Notes under the pieces: model-generated
Databases searched by the model: none
Seen by the model: the letters and a program-made list of their open reading frames with translations, nothing else
Told to the model about the DNA's origin: nothing
From: an uncultured Roseivirgaceae bacterium
GTDB taxonomy: Bacteria; Bacteroidota; Bacteroidia; Cytophagales; Cyclobacteriaceae
DNA: 64,000 nucleotides
Assembly: GCA_964521255.1 (NCBI GenBank)
Contig: CAZFRM010000021.1
Location: 8,772-72,771 of the forward strand
Direction of reading: 5' to 3'
Translations under genes and position numbers: made by a program
In this document: positions 10,405-20,238 of the stretch, piece by piece
Position numbering within the stretch: position 1 is the first letter of the stretch
Layout of the letters: every line of letters begins with the position of its first letter

Positions 10405-13400
10405 TTACCGCACAATTCTAACCGCTCCTTGTCTATCGCTATTATCACAAGTAATAACATAGTAGTAAGCATCTTCCTGGAGCGGGCTTCCGTTTACTCG
10501 ACCGTCCCATGTATTATCGTATGAAATCGTTTCGTAAATTTTTTGACCTAAACGATTATAAATGGTTAATCTACAATTTTCAAAAGCCTCCGTGTTGGAC
10601 CAGTTCCAGGTATCATCGATACCATCATTATTAGGGGTGAATACAAGAGGTAATTGAACGCTTGCAGGCGAAACGGGAATTACTTTAATAATAATTTCAT
10701 CTGAACTGCTAAGATCACCGTTGTCGGTTACGGTAAGCACAAACTTATAAGTACCTTCCACCAGGTTAGTGATCATAGCTTCACCTCCTGCACTAACGGT
10801 CAGGGTAGCGTCATTGGGTCCCTCGACTTGGGTCCACTCATAATTCATTATTATCCCATCAGAATCTTCACCTGATCCTTGTAGTAAATAAGTATTATCG
10901 GGCAAAGTAACGGTAGCATCTTTTCCGGCATTAGCTACGGGAAGACTATTGGGGCTCGTCACATTTATGTTAACGGCTGCTGAAGTGCTCACACCATTTT
11001 TATCATCCGTCGCCTTAGCTGTTAATGAATAATTACCAGCAGGAACATTATTCCAAACAAAGGCATAAGGGTTGGCAGTGTCTTCTCCCAACTTGGTTGT
11101 GCCATTATAAAACTCAACCTTAGCTATGGAACCATCGCTATCGCTTGCACTTGCCGTCAATGTAATGACCGATCCTTGTAAAAAAGCCGCATTATTACCT
11201 GGGCTTGTAAGGGAAACAGACGGGAGGCTATTGGATAAATTTCCAACGGTCACCGTAATGTTTGCAGATGTTGAAGACCCACCGTTGTTGTCAAAGGCAA
11301 CCGCCTTTAACAAATAAGTTCCGGCAGGAACATTGCCCCACGTAATACTATATGGACTGGTAGCATCTTCACCAAGTTTCGTGTTTCCATAATAAAATTC
11401 AACTTTGGTTATTGTTCCGTTTGCATCGGTAGCGTTAGCTGTTATAGTGATTGATGAATTAGTGGTGAAAGTTGAATTGTTAGCAGGACTTGTTATACTA
11501 ACCGAGGGTAGAGTATTTGCACGCACGTTTAGGGTAACAACAGCCGAATTTGTAATTGCATTTCTGTTATCGGTTGCTCTGGCGGTTAAAGAATACGTTC
11601 CTGCTGCAACATTATTCCAGTTGAAGCTATAGGGACTTGAGGTGTCTTCTCCAAGCTTTGTTGTGCCATTGAAAAACTCAACTTTTGTAACGGTTCCGTC
11701 AGCGTCTGCGGCGGTTGCTGTGAGGGTTAAGGATGCAGGTGCAGTAAAAGTCGAATTATTTGCAGGGCCTGTTAAATTCACAGTAGGCAAAGCGTTAGCT
11801 GCATTCACGACTATTGTAATGGCTGCGGAATTTGTAATAGCATTTTGATTATCCGTAGCTCTTGCTGTAATCGAATACGTTCCTGCTACAACATTAGACC
11901 AGGTGAAGCTATACGGACTGGATGTATCTTCGCCCAGTTTAGTCGTTCCGTTAAAGAACTCCACTTTAGAAACGGTTCCATTGGCGTCGGTTGCATTGGC
12001 ATTAATAGTAATGGATGATCCGGCATTAAAATTTGCGTTATTTGCAGGACTGGTAATATTCACAGTTGGGGCCGTATTCGTATTTCCAACCACGGTAATT
12101 GTAACAGGAGATGATGTCGTCGTCGCACCCTGGTTGTCGGTTGCTTTAGCCGTTATCGTGTAAGTACCAGCCGCAACGTTATTCCATACAAAACTATAGG
12201 GCCCTGTTGCATCTTCACCAAGTTTTGTAGCTCCATTGAAAAATTCAACTTTTGAAACCGTTCCATTGGCATCTGCGGCATTAGCAGATAATGTTATGGA
12301 TGAACCAGCAGCAAAGGAGGCATTGTTTGAGGGCGCGGATAACCCAATAGAGGGAGGAGTGTTGGTAGGCGGAGTAGTTGTTGACCCGTATTCATAGGCA
12401 CCAATATCTGGCGCTGAACCAGAATAAGGAAAACCTACGTTTGCTCCCTTATCAATGCAGGGGCTGGTGGCTTTTAGCCTATAGTATGGATCAGCGCGAT
12501 TACCTGACTTGTTTATTTGGGGGTCACCGGAGAGATTTGAAGAATAAGTTCCCGGTACGTTGCCGATAGGAAGATTTTGAAGGATGTTATTAGTTGCCTG
12601 AAGTCCATTTAGCACAGCCCCGGTCGAAATTCGGATAAACTGGGGTGGATAGTATGCGTAAGGCCCAGTTGTATTGTTAATTATTAGATTATTTTTTATT
12701 TTAACATTACTGCTCGAGCCACCGACTAGTTGCAAGAATGAGATTTCTTTTTGTCCTGTGAATTCAACAGTGTTGTTATAAATTTCTAGATTACGAAGCC
12801 CTTTATTCTCAGTTCTTATGATTCCTGGAGTAGCTCCCTTAATTTCGTAGAATATATTGTGATGAATTTTCCAATTTTGGTACGGTACTAAATCGCCGCG
12901 GTGCTCCCAGTCGGTAATACCCCACTTTCCCCCATAAAAATAGTTGTGGTCAATCTCAACATCGTGGATGCTGAGCTCCAATCCGTATGAATTTCCTTTT
13001 GAGCGTGTGAGACAGTCGAAAATATTGTTATATACCCGAATTGTTGGAGTACCCGTTGGATCTCTCCATTTGGTCTTCCAATAAACCAGCGACACATTCC
13101 CTTCGAACTTGTTGTTATATAATTCATTGCCAATCAAGTCGTGATCCAACATCTCCAATACAATTGCAGGAGTCGTAGTTCCATTCCAACCTTCCCATCG
13201 CCCGGTGGGGTCAGTGCTTAAAAAGTTGTCGTGAATTTTGCAATAATGAATCGCCGCTTCAGGCGTGCCTAGGGCTTTAATAGCCGCACCGTAAGTTTCG
13301 TCTACATTAATGTGATCAATTTCAATTCTCTCAACCTGAGATATGCTTACAGAAGCAGTTGCATAGGCGGAACTGAACCAGGCACAATCCTTGAGGGTGG

Positions 13401-13932
13401 CATTTGTTAGTCTACAATCCTTAGCATCCCAAAACCAAATACCAGTGAAGCCGACATATTGTACATTTACTCCTTCAATTAAAACTTTACTTCTTCGTCT
13501 CACAATAATTCCTCCATATAAATTCCGGTTATCTCCATCAATAGTAAAATTTTTAAGAGACTGATTTCCTGAGCTAAAGGAGGGGGAGGTAAGCTGAAAT
13601 AGGATTTTGCTTGTTATAAATCCGGAAGTCTGTAAATAATAGAATGAAGACGCGGCCTTAACGATGGTAGCACTGCTCCCGGACCCTTCGATATTTACCT
13701 GAACGGGCACATCAAGGGGCCCCTGTTCGATGAATGTCCCTGCCGATATTTTAATCGTATGGCCTTGGTTAGCGGGGACTTTAGATAAGGCAAATCGAAT
13801 CGTCCGCCATGGTTTTCCTGGACTTCCATCCCCTGAGGCATCATTCCCGTTTATATCAACATAATAAGTTGCTGCATTAGAAAATTGAACAAGCCAAACA
13901 ATTAAGACAATTACAATACTTACCCGCTTCAT
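10405..13932 (-). CDS. secreted 1175-aa protein: right-handed parallel beta-helix domain, five Ig-like repeats, a PKD-like domain and a T9SS type B C-terminal sorting domain
   Basis: Signal peptide. 'ATYYVDINGNDASGDGSPGKPWRTIRFAL' and repeated 'I.HN.F' rungs indicate a beta-helix. Five ~94-aa repeats carry '...ANGTVSKVEFFNGTTKLGEDTSSPYSF.WNNV.AGTY'. The C-terminal 'FTPNNDGIDDTWNW...LTIYNRLGQKIYE...WDGRVNGSPLQEDAYYYVI' matches the gliding-motility-associated (type B) CTD. Confidence 0.85.
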   Translation of the reverse strand: MKRVSIVIVLIVWLVQFSNAATYYVDINGNDASGDGSPGKPWRTIRFALSKVPANQGHTIKISAGTFIEQGPLDVPVQVNIEGSGSSATIVKAASSFYYLQTSGFITSKILFQLTSPSFSSGNQSLKNFTIDGDNRNLYGGIIVRRRSKVLIEGVNVQYVGFTGIWFWDAKDCRLTNATLKDCAWFSSAYATASVSISQVERIEIDHINVDETYGAAIKALGTPEAAIHYCKIHDNFLSTDPTGRWEGWNGTTTPAIVLEMLDHDLIGNELYNNKFEGNVSLVYWKTKWRDPTGTPTIRVYNNIFDCLTRSKGNSYGLELSIHDVEIDHNYFYGGKWGITDWEHRGDLVPYQNWKIHHNIFYEIKGATPGIIRTENKGLRNLEIYNNTVEFTGQKEISFLQLVGGSSSNVKIKNNLIINNTTGPYAYYPPQFIRISTGAVLNGLQATNNILQNLPIGNVPGTYSSNLSGDPQINKSGNRADPYYRLKATSPCIDKGANVGFPYSGSAPDIGAYEYGSTTTPPTNTPPSIGLSAPSNNASFAAGSSITLSANAADANGTVSKVEFFNGATKLGEDATGPYSFVWNNVAAGTYTITAKATDNQGATTTSSPVTITVVGNTNTAPTVNITSPANNANFNAGSSITINANATDANGTVSKVEFFNGTTKLGEDTSSPYSFTWSNVVAGTYSITARATDNQNAITNSAAITIVVNAANALPTVNLTGPANNSTFTAPASLTLTATAADADGTVTKVEFFNGTTKLGEDTSSPYSFNWNNVAAGTYSLTARATDNRNAITNSAVVTLNVRANTLPSVSITSPANNSTFTTNSSITITANATDANGTITKVEFYYGNTKLGEDATSPYSITWGNVPAGTYLLKAVAFDNNGGSSTSANITVTVGNLSNSLPSVSLTSPGNNAAFLQGSVITLTASASDSDGSIAKVEFYNGTTKLGEDTANPYAFVWNNVPAGNYSLTAKATDDKNGVSTSAAVNINVTSPNSLPVANAGKDATVTLPDNTYLLQGSGEDSDGIIMNYEWTQVEGPNDATLTVSAGGEAMITNLVEGTYKFVLTVTDNGDLSSSDEIIIKVIPVSPASVQLPLVFTPNNDGIDDTWNWSNTEAFENCRLTIYNRLGQKIYETISYDNTWDGRVNGSPLQEDAYYYVITCDNSDRQGAVRIVR
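10948..12357 (-). repeat. five tandem coding repeats (~282-285 bp each) encoding the Ig-like modules of the T9SS cargo
   Basis: The repeat units are visible in the protein: PPSIGLSAP.., APTVNITSP.., LPTVNLTGP.., LPSVSITSP.., LPSVSLTSP... The ladder of spurious antisense ORFs at 11126-12163 reflects the same periodicity. Confidence 0.85.
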
Positions 13933-14428
13933 TTATTTTTTTAAATAAACACTACAACTCCTTAACTAGTACACCTTGAACTAGTTTAAATATTTCAATG
14001 ATGGTCTTCTATTTTGGAAAGAACCTTTAAGATAAGTCACTTGTCACTCTTTCCAACAGTTCTCAGTCCCCTGCATAGCCTACACCACTCGGTTGGTTTC
14101 TTTGATTAAAGGCTCATTAACTTTGACAGTGCAATAATGCTATTTGCGGCTGCGTGGGCAAAATTGCCGTCGATAAAGTACCGCATTTTAGGGTGAACAA
14201 TGCCTATTTGAAGTCGTAATTTTGTGGGGAAAAATGACTATAATCACTGCCCCGTTAGACGCTTCTTTATAATTGTAAAAGCTTACTGATGTATATTGTT
14301 TGTTACTTTAGGAAGCTGAATGGATTGCATCGGGGGTTAATTCAACTCAACATCACATTATTGGAAACTTCGAGAGAGTAAAATTGTTTCTAGGTCATGT
14401 AATATTTAGGCGTAGATTAGTGAGCAAT

Positions 14429-15697
14429 ATGGGAAAGAGTAAATGCCGGTTTTGTCAGACACCATTACAACACACCTTCGTTGATCTTGGCATGTCTCCA
14501 TTGTGCGAGTCCTACATAAAGCCTGATGAACTGAAAAGTATGGAACCATTTTACCCACTTCATTCATACGTTTGCGAGAAGTGTTTTCTGGTTCAACTGG
14601 AAGAATTTGTCGCTCCTTCAGAGATCTTTAGCGACTATGCCTATTTCTCTTCTTACTCTGACTCCTGGCTAAGGCACGTTGAGCAGTACACAAATCAAGT
14701 GATTGAGCGGTTTCCAATCAACTCAAAAAGTCTTGTGGCAGAAATTGCCAGTAATGATGGCTACCTGCTTCAATATTTCGTTGCCAAAGGAATACCAGTT
14801 CTAGGTATTGATCCAGCAGCAAATATCGCAAAGTATGCTATTAAGAAAGGAATTAGAACGGAGGTTAAATTCTTTGGCGTGGATACTGCACGCGAAATAG
14901 CACAAAAGTATGAAAAGGCAGACCTTTTAATTGGGAATAATGTCCTGGCCCATGTACCTGATATTAATGATTTGGTCGGAGGGATGAAAATATTTTTAAA
15001 ACCTGAGGGTATTATAACTATGGAGTTCCCTCACTTACTTCGGTTAGTTGTGGGGAATCAGTTCGATACTATTTATCATGAGCATTTCTCCTACTTGTCA
15101 TTTTACACTGTCGAAAAGATATTCGCTCATCACGGCCTGACAATTTTCGATGTTGCCGAATTGCCCACCCACGGAGGCTCTATTCGAATATACGCGAGGC
15201 ATACAGAGAACGATTCAAAACCTGTGATGGAGAAAGTTATTGAAATGAGGCGCCGTGAGAAAGAGTTGGGAATGTTAACGCTTGATTATTATAAAAGCTT
15301 TGAAGAAAAAGTTCATGAGACAAAAAGAAAGATACTTGAGTTCCTAATTGATGTAAAACGAAAAGGTAAAAAAGTTGTCGGGTATGGGGCACCCGGTAAG
15401 GGAAACACTTTGCTAAATTATTGTGGGATACGAACCGACTTCATAGATTTTACAGTAGACAGGAGTCCTCACAAGCAAGGCAGTTACCTTCCTGGTACAT
15501 TGATACCGATATTAAGTCCGGAGAAGATAAAGGAGACAAGGCCAGATTATGTTTTCATACTTCCATGGAACCTTAAGGATGAAATTATTAAGAGTCACTC
15601 TTACATTAGTGAATGGGGTGGAAAATTTGTGGTACCCATTCCGGAACTTTCAATATACGAACCAATTACGAGTGAGATTGGCACCATTATGAATTGA
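14429..15697 (+). CDS. NDP-hexose C-methyltransferase-family enzyme (Zn-ribbon + class I SAM MTase + C-methyltransferase C-terminal domain)
   Basis: 'CRFCQTPLQHTFVDLGMSPLCESY...VCEKCFLVQL' is the Zn ribbon. 'VAEIASNDGYLLQYF' is the SAM motif. The C-terminal 'VVGYGAPGKGNTLLNYCG...FTVDRSPHKQGSYLPG' is as in TylCIII-type enzymes. ATG at 14429 is preferred over the TTG at 14384. Confidence 0.8.
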   Translation: MGKSKCRFCQTPLQHTFVDLGMSPLCESYIKPDELKSMEPFYPLHSYVCEKCFLVQLEEFVAPSEIFSDYAYFSSYSDSWLRHVEQYTNQVIERFPINSKSLVAEIASNDGYLLQYFVAKGIPVLGIDPAANIAKYAIKKGIRTEVKFFGVDTAREIAQKYEKADLLIGNNVLAHVPDINDLVGGMKIFLKPEGIITMEFPHLLRLVVGNQFDTIYHEHFSYLSFYTVEKIFAHHGLTIFDVAELPTHGGSIRIYARHTENDSKPVMEKVIEMRRREKELGMLTLDYYKSFEEKVHETKRKILEFLIDVKRKGKKVVGYGAPGKGNTLLNYCGIRTDFIDFTVDRSPHKQGSYLPGTLIPILSPEKIKETRPDYVFILPWNLKDEIIKSHSYISEWGGKFVVPIPELSIYEPITSEIGTIMN

Positions 15698-15720
15698 TTC
15701 ACTTTGTTTAAAAGACTCTT

Positions 15721-16471
15721 ATGAAAGTTGTTTTATTTTGCGGTGGGCAAGGGATGAGACTACGGGAATATTCAGAAAAAATTCCTAAACCCATGGTGCC
15801 TATAGGGTACCGCCCTGTACTCTGGCACATTATGAAATATTATGCTTATTACGGACATAAAGATTTTTGTGAATTATCACGAGTATGTTTCTAATGATTT
15901 TGTGCTTAAAAAAGGGACAAACATTAATTTACTCACAAGTGACATCGATGACTGGAGTATTACTTTCGCTGGCACTGGCGAAAATAGTAACATTGACGAG
16001 CGATTACTTAAAGTAAGAAAGTATCTTCAGGAAGAGAAAATGTTTCTTGCGAATTACTCAGATGGATTAACAAACTTTCCGCTTAATGATCATATAGGAA
16101 AATTTAAGAAATCAAATAAGGTAGCCTCGTTCATGGCTGCCAAGCCAACTCAGAGTTTTCACATTGCCTCATTGGATGAGAAAAATACCGTGAAAGGAAT
16201 ATCTTCTTTAAATCAACTAAAAGATGTCTGGATCAATGCTGGCTACTTCACGTTCAGAACTGAAATTTTTGAATATATTAATCCGGGAGAAGATCTTGTG
16301 GAACAACCTTTTCAAAGGCTAATCGAAAAGAAAATGTTGATGGCGTATCCATTTGAAGGTGTATTTCTTACAATGGATACTTATAAGGAAAAACAGGCTT
16401 TGGATGATATGTATGCAAAGGGCTACATGCCCTGGCAAGTTTGGCGGGAGGGGCCCCGAGCATTTGCCTAA
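15721..16471 (+). pseudogene. frameshifted paralog of the RfbF-like sugar-phosphate nucleotidyltransferase at 22965..23771
   Basis: The first 49 codons (MKVVLFCGGQGMRLREYSEKIPKPMVPIGY...GHKDF) match the intact copy at 46/49 residues. About 44 nt (the ILCLGHQADVIKDYF region) are then missing, which shifts the frame. The remainder continues in ORF 15842..16471 (VNYHEYVSNDFVL...). Confidence 0.8.
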
Positions 16472-16656
16472 CCATGTTTACCGGTGAAATTTGAAAAGGA
16501 AGTGAACCTCTATCGAAGGCAAGATTTGCCTGAAACGGAGTAAACAGGCAACTGTTAAAACGTTATGATATATATCCAAGAAATAAAGATTGCCATCATT
16601 GAATCCAATTGCAGACAACACTTTTTTTGTGTTGATAAATATAATCACGAAACAAC

Positions 16657-17703
16657 ATGAAAATCCTTATTCTTGGAAACATGGGGTATGTAGGCCCTGC
16701 AGTAGTTGACCGTTTAAGAAGCACTTATCCGCAGGCAACCCTTGTCGGTTATGATACCGGTTTCTTTGGTCACTGTGTCACAAACGTAGACCATCTACCG
16801 GAACGGAAACTTGATTGTCAGTATTTTGGTGATATTCGGAATAATATTCCTGACGAATTGTTAAAGGGAACTGATGCTATTGTAAATCTAGCGGCTATTT
16901 CCAATGATCCGATGAGCTTTAAGTTTGAATCGGTTACGTTGGATGTAAATCATAAATCCGGCATAGAGGTGGCAAAAAAAGCAAAGGTATTTGGTGTTAA
17001 GTCCTTTGTTTTTGCCTCAAGTTGCAGTATGTATGGAGAAGCTACCGACGCTCCAAAAAAAGAAGACTCGTCGTTAAATCCATTGACAGCTTACGCCAGG
17101 TCAAAGGTTTTGACAGAACAGGACCTTAAGCCATTGGCAGATAAAAATTTCAAAGTAACATGCTTGCGATTCGCTACTGCCTGCGGAATGAGCCCTCGTT
17201 TAAGATTGGACTTGGTGTTGAATGACTTCGTTGCTTGCGCCCTTTTGTTTAAGAAAATAACAATTCTGAGTGATGGGACTCCATGGAGGCCATTAATTAA
17301 TATCAAGGATATGGCGAGGGCTATCGATTGGGCCATTTGCAGGCCAGAATCTATTGGAGAATTTTTGGCAATAAACACAGGAACGACTAGCTGGAACTAT
17401 CAGGTTAAAGATCTGGCAGAGGCTGTGTCCTCTGTTGTCCCTGGTGTGGAGGTTTCCATTAACCCGGATGCTCCGGTGGATAAGAGGTCATATCGTGTTG
17501 ACTTTAGCCTTTTTGAAAAACTTGCTCCAAATCATCAGCCCAAGCATGATTTAATTTCAACAGTAAAAGAAGTTAAAGAAGGCCTTGAACAAATGAACTT
17601 CAATGATGTGAATTTCAGGAACTCTAGCCTTATACGTCTCAAAGTAATAACAAATCTGCAGGATAAAGGAAAAATCAACAATAATCTTGAATGGGTATCT
17701 TAA
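16657..17703 (+). CDS. NAD-dependent sugar epimerase/reductase (extended SDR family)
   Basis: 'ILILGNMGYVGPAVV' is the Rossmann motif. 'SSCSMYGE' and 'YARSKVLTE' form the S...YxxxK catalytic pattern. Confidence 0.8.
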   Translation: MKILILGNMGYVGPAVVDRLRSTYPQATLVGYDTGFFGHCVTNVDHLPERKLDCQYFGDIRNNIPDELLKGTDAIVNLAAISNDPMSFKFESVTLDVNHKSGIEVAKKAKVFGVKSFVFASSCSMYGEATDAPKKEDSSLNPLTAYARSKVLTEQDLKPLADKNFKVTCLRFATACGMSPRLRLDLVLNDFVACALLFKKITILSDGTPWRPLINIKDMARAIDWAICRPESIGEFLAINTGTTSWNYQVKDLAEAVSSVVPGVEVSINPDAPVDKRSYRVDFSLFEKLAPNHQPKHDLISTVKEVKEGLEQMNFNDVNFRNSSLIRLKVITNLQDKGKINNNLEWVS

Positions 17704-17804
17704 CGTAATTTATCGATTGGGTTATTCGGCCAAGCCTGGTAGTTGTTGTTTGAACGAAGTGACTGAATGAATTTGATGCTCTTCAAACTATTGGTGGAAA
17801 CTAA

Positions 17805-18438
17805 TGCTTTTTAATTCAATCGAATTTGGAATATTTGTACCGGTTGTCTTCATCCTCTATTGATTTTTCTTCAATAGGAATCTTAAGGCTCAAAATTTCT
17901 TTATTGTTCTTGCCAGTTACTTTACTTTTTTTATGGCTGGTGGAATTGGCGGTTTTTGACACTCGTGTTGTTTAGTACCGTGGTTGACTATTCAATTGGG
18001 CTATTACTTGCAAAACAGGAAAATCGCATTAAGAGAAGAACCGTGTTGTGGATCAGCATTATAGTAAATCTTGGGTTCTTAGGATTCTTCAAATATTACA
18101 ATTTCCTTATTGAAAATTTTACTGTTGCGTTTTCTCTTTTAGGAAGAAAAATAAGTCCGGATTCTTTAAGCATTATCCTTCCCGTTGGGATTAGTTTTTA
18201 TACCTTCCAGAGTTTGAGTTATACAGTCGATGTGTACAAGAGAAAACTTGAGCCAACCAAAGATCTGATTGCATTTGCAGCTTTTGTTACTTTTTGCCCG
18301 CAACTCGTTGCAGGTCCAATCGAAAGGGCGACTAATCTTTTACCTCAAGCCCTTTCCAGGCGGAGGTTTGATCAGGAAAGTTTGAAGCCCAAAGTGCCCG
18401 TGCTCACAGTCGAATGCCTCCTTTTCACAACACTATAG
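17805..18438 (+). pseudogene. MBOAT (AlgI/DltB-like O-acyltransferase) pseudogene: nonsense codon, frameshift and 3' truncation
   Basis: 'MLFNSIEFGIFVPVVFILY*' has TGA where MBOATs carry Trp. A frame shift near 17925 leads into ORF 17956..18438 ('FYGWWNWRFLTLVLFSTVVDYSIG...QLVAGPIERATNLLPQ'). Homology ends about 270 aa short, where the convergent gene ends. Confidence 0.8.
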
Positions 18439-19605
18439 TGTGTATATCTCCGGAAATGCATTCATATCATTCAGCATTTTCGTGATCTCATCCTTGTAGA
18501 CACCATTCATGATAATCACCGCATCTGGCTTATACTCTTTTAAAAAATCAGGCTTAACATATCGCTTACCAATACCGGGTATGTAATTCCCTTCCATGTA
18601 TGGATTAACGTCAACGACATAATCGATCAAGCCGATATCATTAAAATTAGTTAAAAAGCCCACGGATTTTGATCCGCCACCCCAGACCACTGTCTTCGAA
18701 TTTTTCTGCTTCAACTCCGTTAATTTTTCTCGCCACCAGTTCAGTGTTTCGTTGATTTTAGTAGTGAACGACTTCGTGAGTTTGTACAACTCATCAACTG
18801 ACTCTTCGAGTGGATGTACTTTAGTGGACATCTCCTTAACAGGTTTCGCCTCCACAAAGAGGTACTGTTCATCATACTCCAGATAGATATCCAATACTTC
18901 AAAACCATTTGCTCGGAATAGCCTCGCGAGTGATCCTGGACTGAAATACGTGCAGTGTTCATTAAAAATGTCCCAGAAGGCCTGTATTTTAAGAATCCTG
19001 ACGATGCTCGGTACTTCAATTAAAACAGTGACACCTTCACGATCACCGATCGAATTTCTGATGGTTTTGAAAAATTCATCTGTGGCATGAATATGTTCAA
19101 GCGTATGGCGGCAGCAAATGCAATCTGCTTTCAACTCACCATGTTTTTCGGAATAAAATTCTTTGATAAATCTCAGGTTTGGATTGGGCGCTGTTCTTCC
19201 CGGAACCCACGCAGGGTCTATCCCTATACCCCGATTATTGCCCAACTCACAGAATAAAGATATAAAATCACCTTTGCCGCATCCGATTTCAATTACATCC
19301 TTATTTCTCATTTCATAACGATCAATAAAGCGGTTGGTAACATCCGTGATAAACTTCCGGAAAGTAGGAGAGAACCCTTGCTGATCTTCATAGCCTTTCG
19401 TATAGTAATCGTATGATGTATCAAACGAAGAATTAAAGATAAATCCACAGTTGTGGCAAAAGCATAACTCAATATCCGTTCGGGGAATACTCAATGCCTC
19501 ATTCTTATCTCTGATGTTAACGAGACTTTGGATCGGAGCATTTGGAATACGGAAGAAATCTTTAATGTTTTTGCTGTGACAGCAAGGACAGGCTAAGTGC
19601 TTCAT
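18433..19605 (-). CDS. SAM-dependent methyltransferase with N-terminal Zn-ribbon and C-methyltransferase-type C-terminal domain
   Basis: 'CPCCHSKN...CFCHNCGFIFN' is the Zn ribbon. 'VIEIGCGKGDF' is the SAM motif. The C-terminal 'VVWGGGSKSVGFL...VVDVNPYMEGNYIPG' follows the family pattern. Confidence 0.75.
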   Translation of the reverse strand: MKHLACPCCHSKNIKDFFRIPNAPIQSLVNIRDKNEALSIPRTDIELCFCHNCGFIFNSSFDTSYDYYTKGYEDQQGFSPTFRKFITDVTNRFIDRYEMRNKDVIEIGCGKGDFISLFCELGNNRGIGIDPAWVPGRTAPNPNLRFIKEFYSEKHGELKADCICCRHTLEHIHATDEFFKTIRNSIGDREGVTVLIEVPSIVRILKIQAFWDIFNEHCTYFSPGSLARLFRANGFEVLDIYLEYDEQYLFVEAKPVKEMSTKVHPLEESVDELYKLTKSFTTKINETLNWWREKLTELKQKNSKTVVWGGGSKSVGFLTNFNDIGLIDYVVDVNPYMEGNYIPGIGKRYVKPDFLKEYKPDAVIIMNGVYKDEITKMLNDMNAFPEIYTL

Positions 19606-19681
19606 AAGTTAACAGGCTTGAGAATTCGATGGTTGAAATAACAAATGATTTTAGTGAGCTGCTGGTATGCCTTTCGATCCA

Positions 19682-20233
19682 TTATTTCAATCTATCAAGG
19701 GTAAAATTGGGGTGGCTCATATCCTTTTCAGTATAAATTTCTATGGGTACCGGCCATTCGATATTAAATGCTGTATCATTCCAACGAATGCCTCTCTCTA
19801 CTTGTGGCGTATAGAATTCGGTAACCGGATAGTATACCTCGCAATCGTCTTCCAGTGACACAAATCCATGGGCAAAATACTCGGGCACATAGACCATTCG
19901 GTAATTCGCTTCAGAAAGTTCATGGCCTATCCATTGCATAAAAGTAGGAGAGTCTGGTCTGAGGTCAATAATTACATCATATATCCTTCCTCGGGTGCAG
20001 CGAATAAATTTTGCTTCTCCATAAGGTGCAGCCTGAAAGTGCATACCGCGTATCGTCCCTTTCTTGTTCGTTCGTGAGGTATTGATCTGGGCAATTTTTG
20101 CTGTGAGACCGTGAGCTTCAAATTCTTTTGCACACCATGCCCTTCCAAAAAATCCGCGATGGTCTTCAATTTTTTGCACTTCAATAAGGTAAGCACCCGG
20201 CAGCTTAGTTTCAGTAAAAGTCATAAAACTCAA
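19682..20233 (-). CDS. rfbC: NDP-4-dehydro-6-deoxyhexose 3,5-epimerase (RfbC/RmlC cupin family)
   Basis: 'LPGAYLIEVQKIEDHRGFF...GTIRGMHFQAAPYGEAKFIRCTRGRIYDVIIDLR...YVPEYFAHGF'. Confidence 0.8.
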   Translation of the reverse strand: MSFMTFTETKLPGAYLIEVQKIEDHRGFFGRAWCAKEFEAHGLTAKIAQINTSRTNKKGTIRGMHFQAAPYGEAKFIRCTRGRIYDVIIDLRPDSPTFMQWIGHELSEANYRMVYVPEYFAHGFVSLEDDCEVYYPVTEFYTPQVERGIRWNDTAFNIEWPVPIEIYTEKDMSHPNFTLDRLK

Positions 20234-20238
20234 TTAGA

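Noticed and set aside
11126-12163. A series of + strand ORFs (11126..11317, 11405..11632, 11642..11848, 11903..12163), and the periodic repeat structure that might suggest a CRISPR-like array.
   Set aside because: They are antisense to the long, well-supported 10405..13932 gene and mirror its tandem Ig-repeat periodicity. The ~285-bp repeats are contiguous with no unique spacers and are in-frame coding. This is not a CRISPR array and these are not genes.
14384-14428. N-terminal extensions proposed by the ORF track, here and at 22845..22964, 29460..29525 and 34802..34837.
   Set aside because: All four use TTG starts and add residues unlike the family N-termini. Internal ATGs reproduce the canonical starts ([38 protein letters not shown]).
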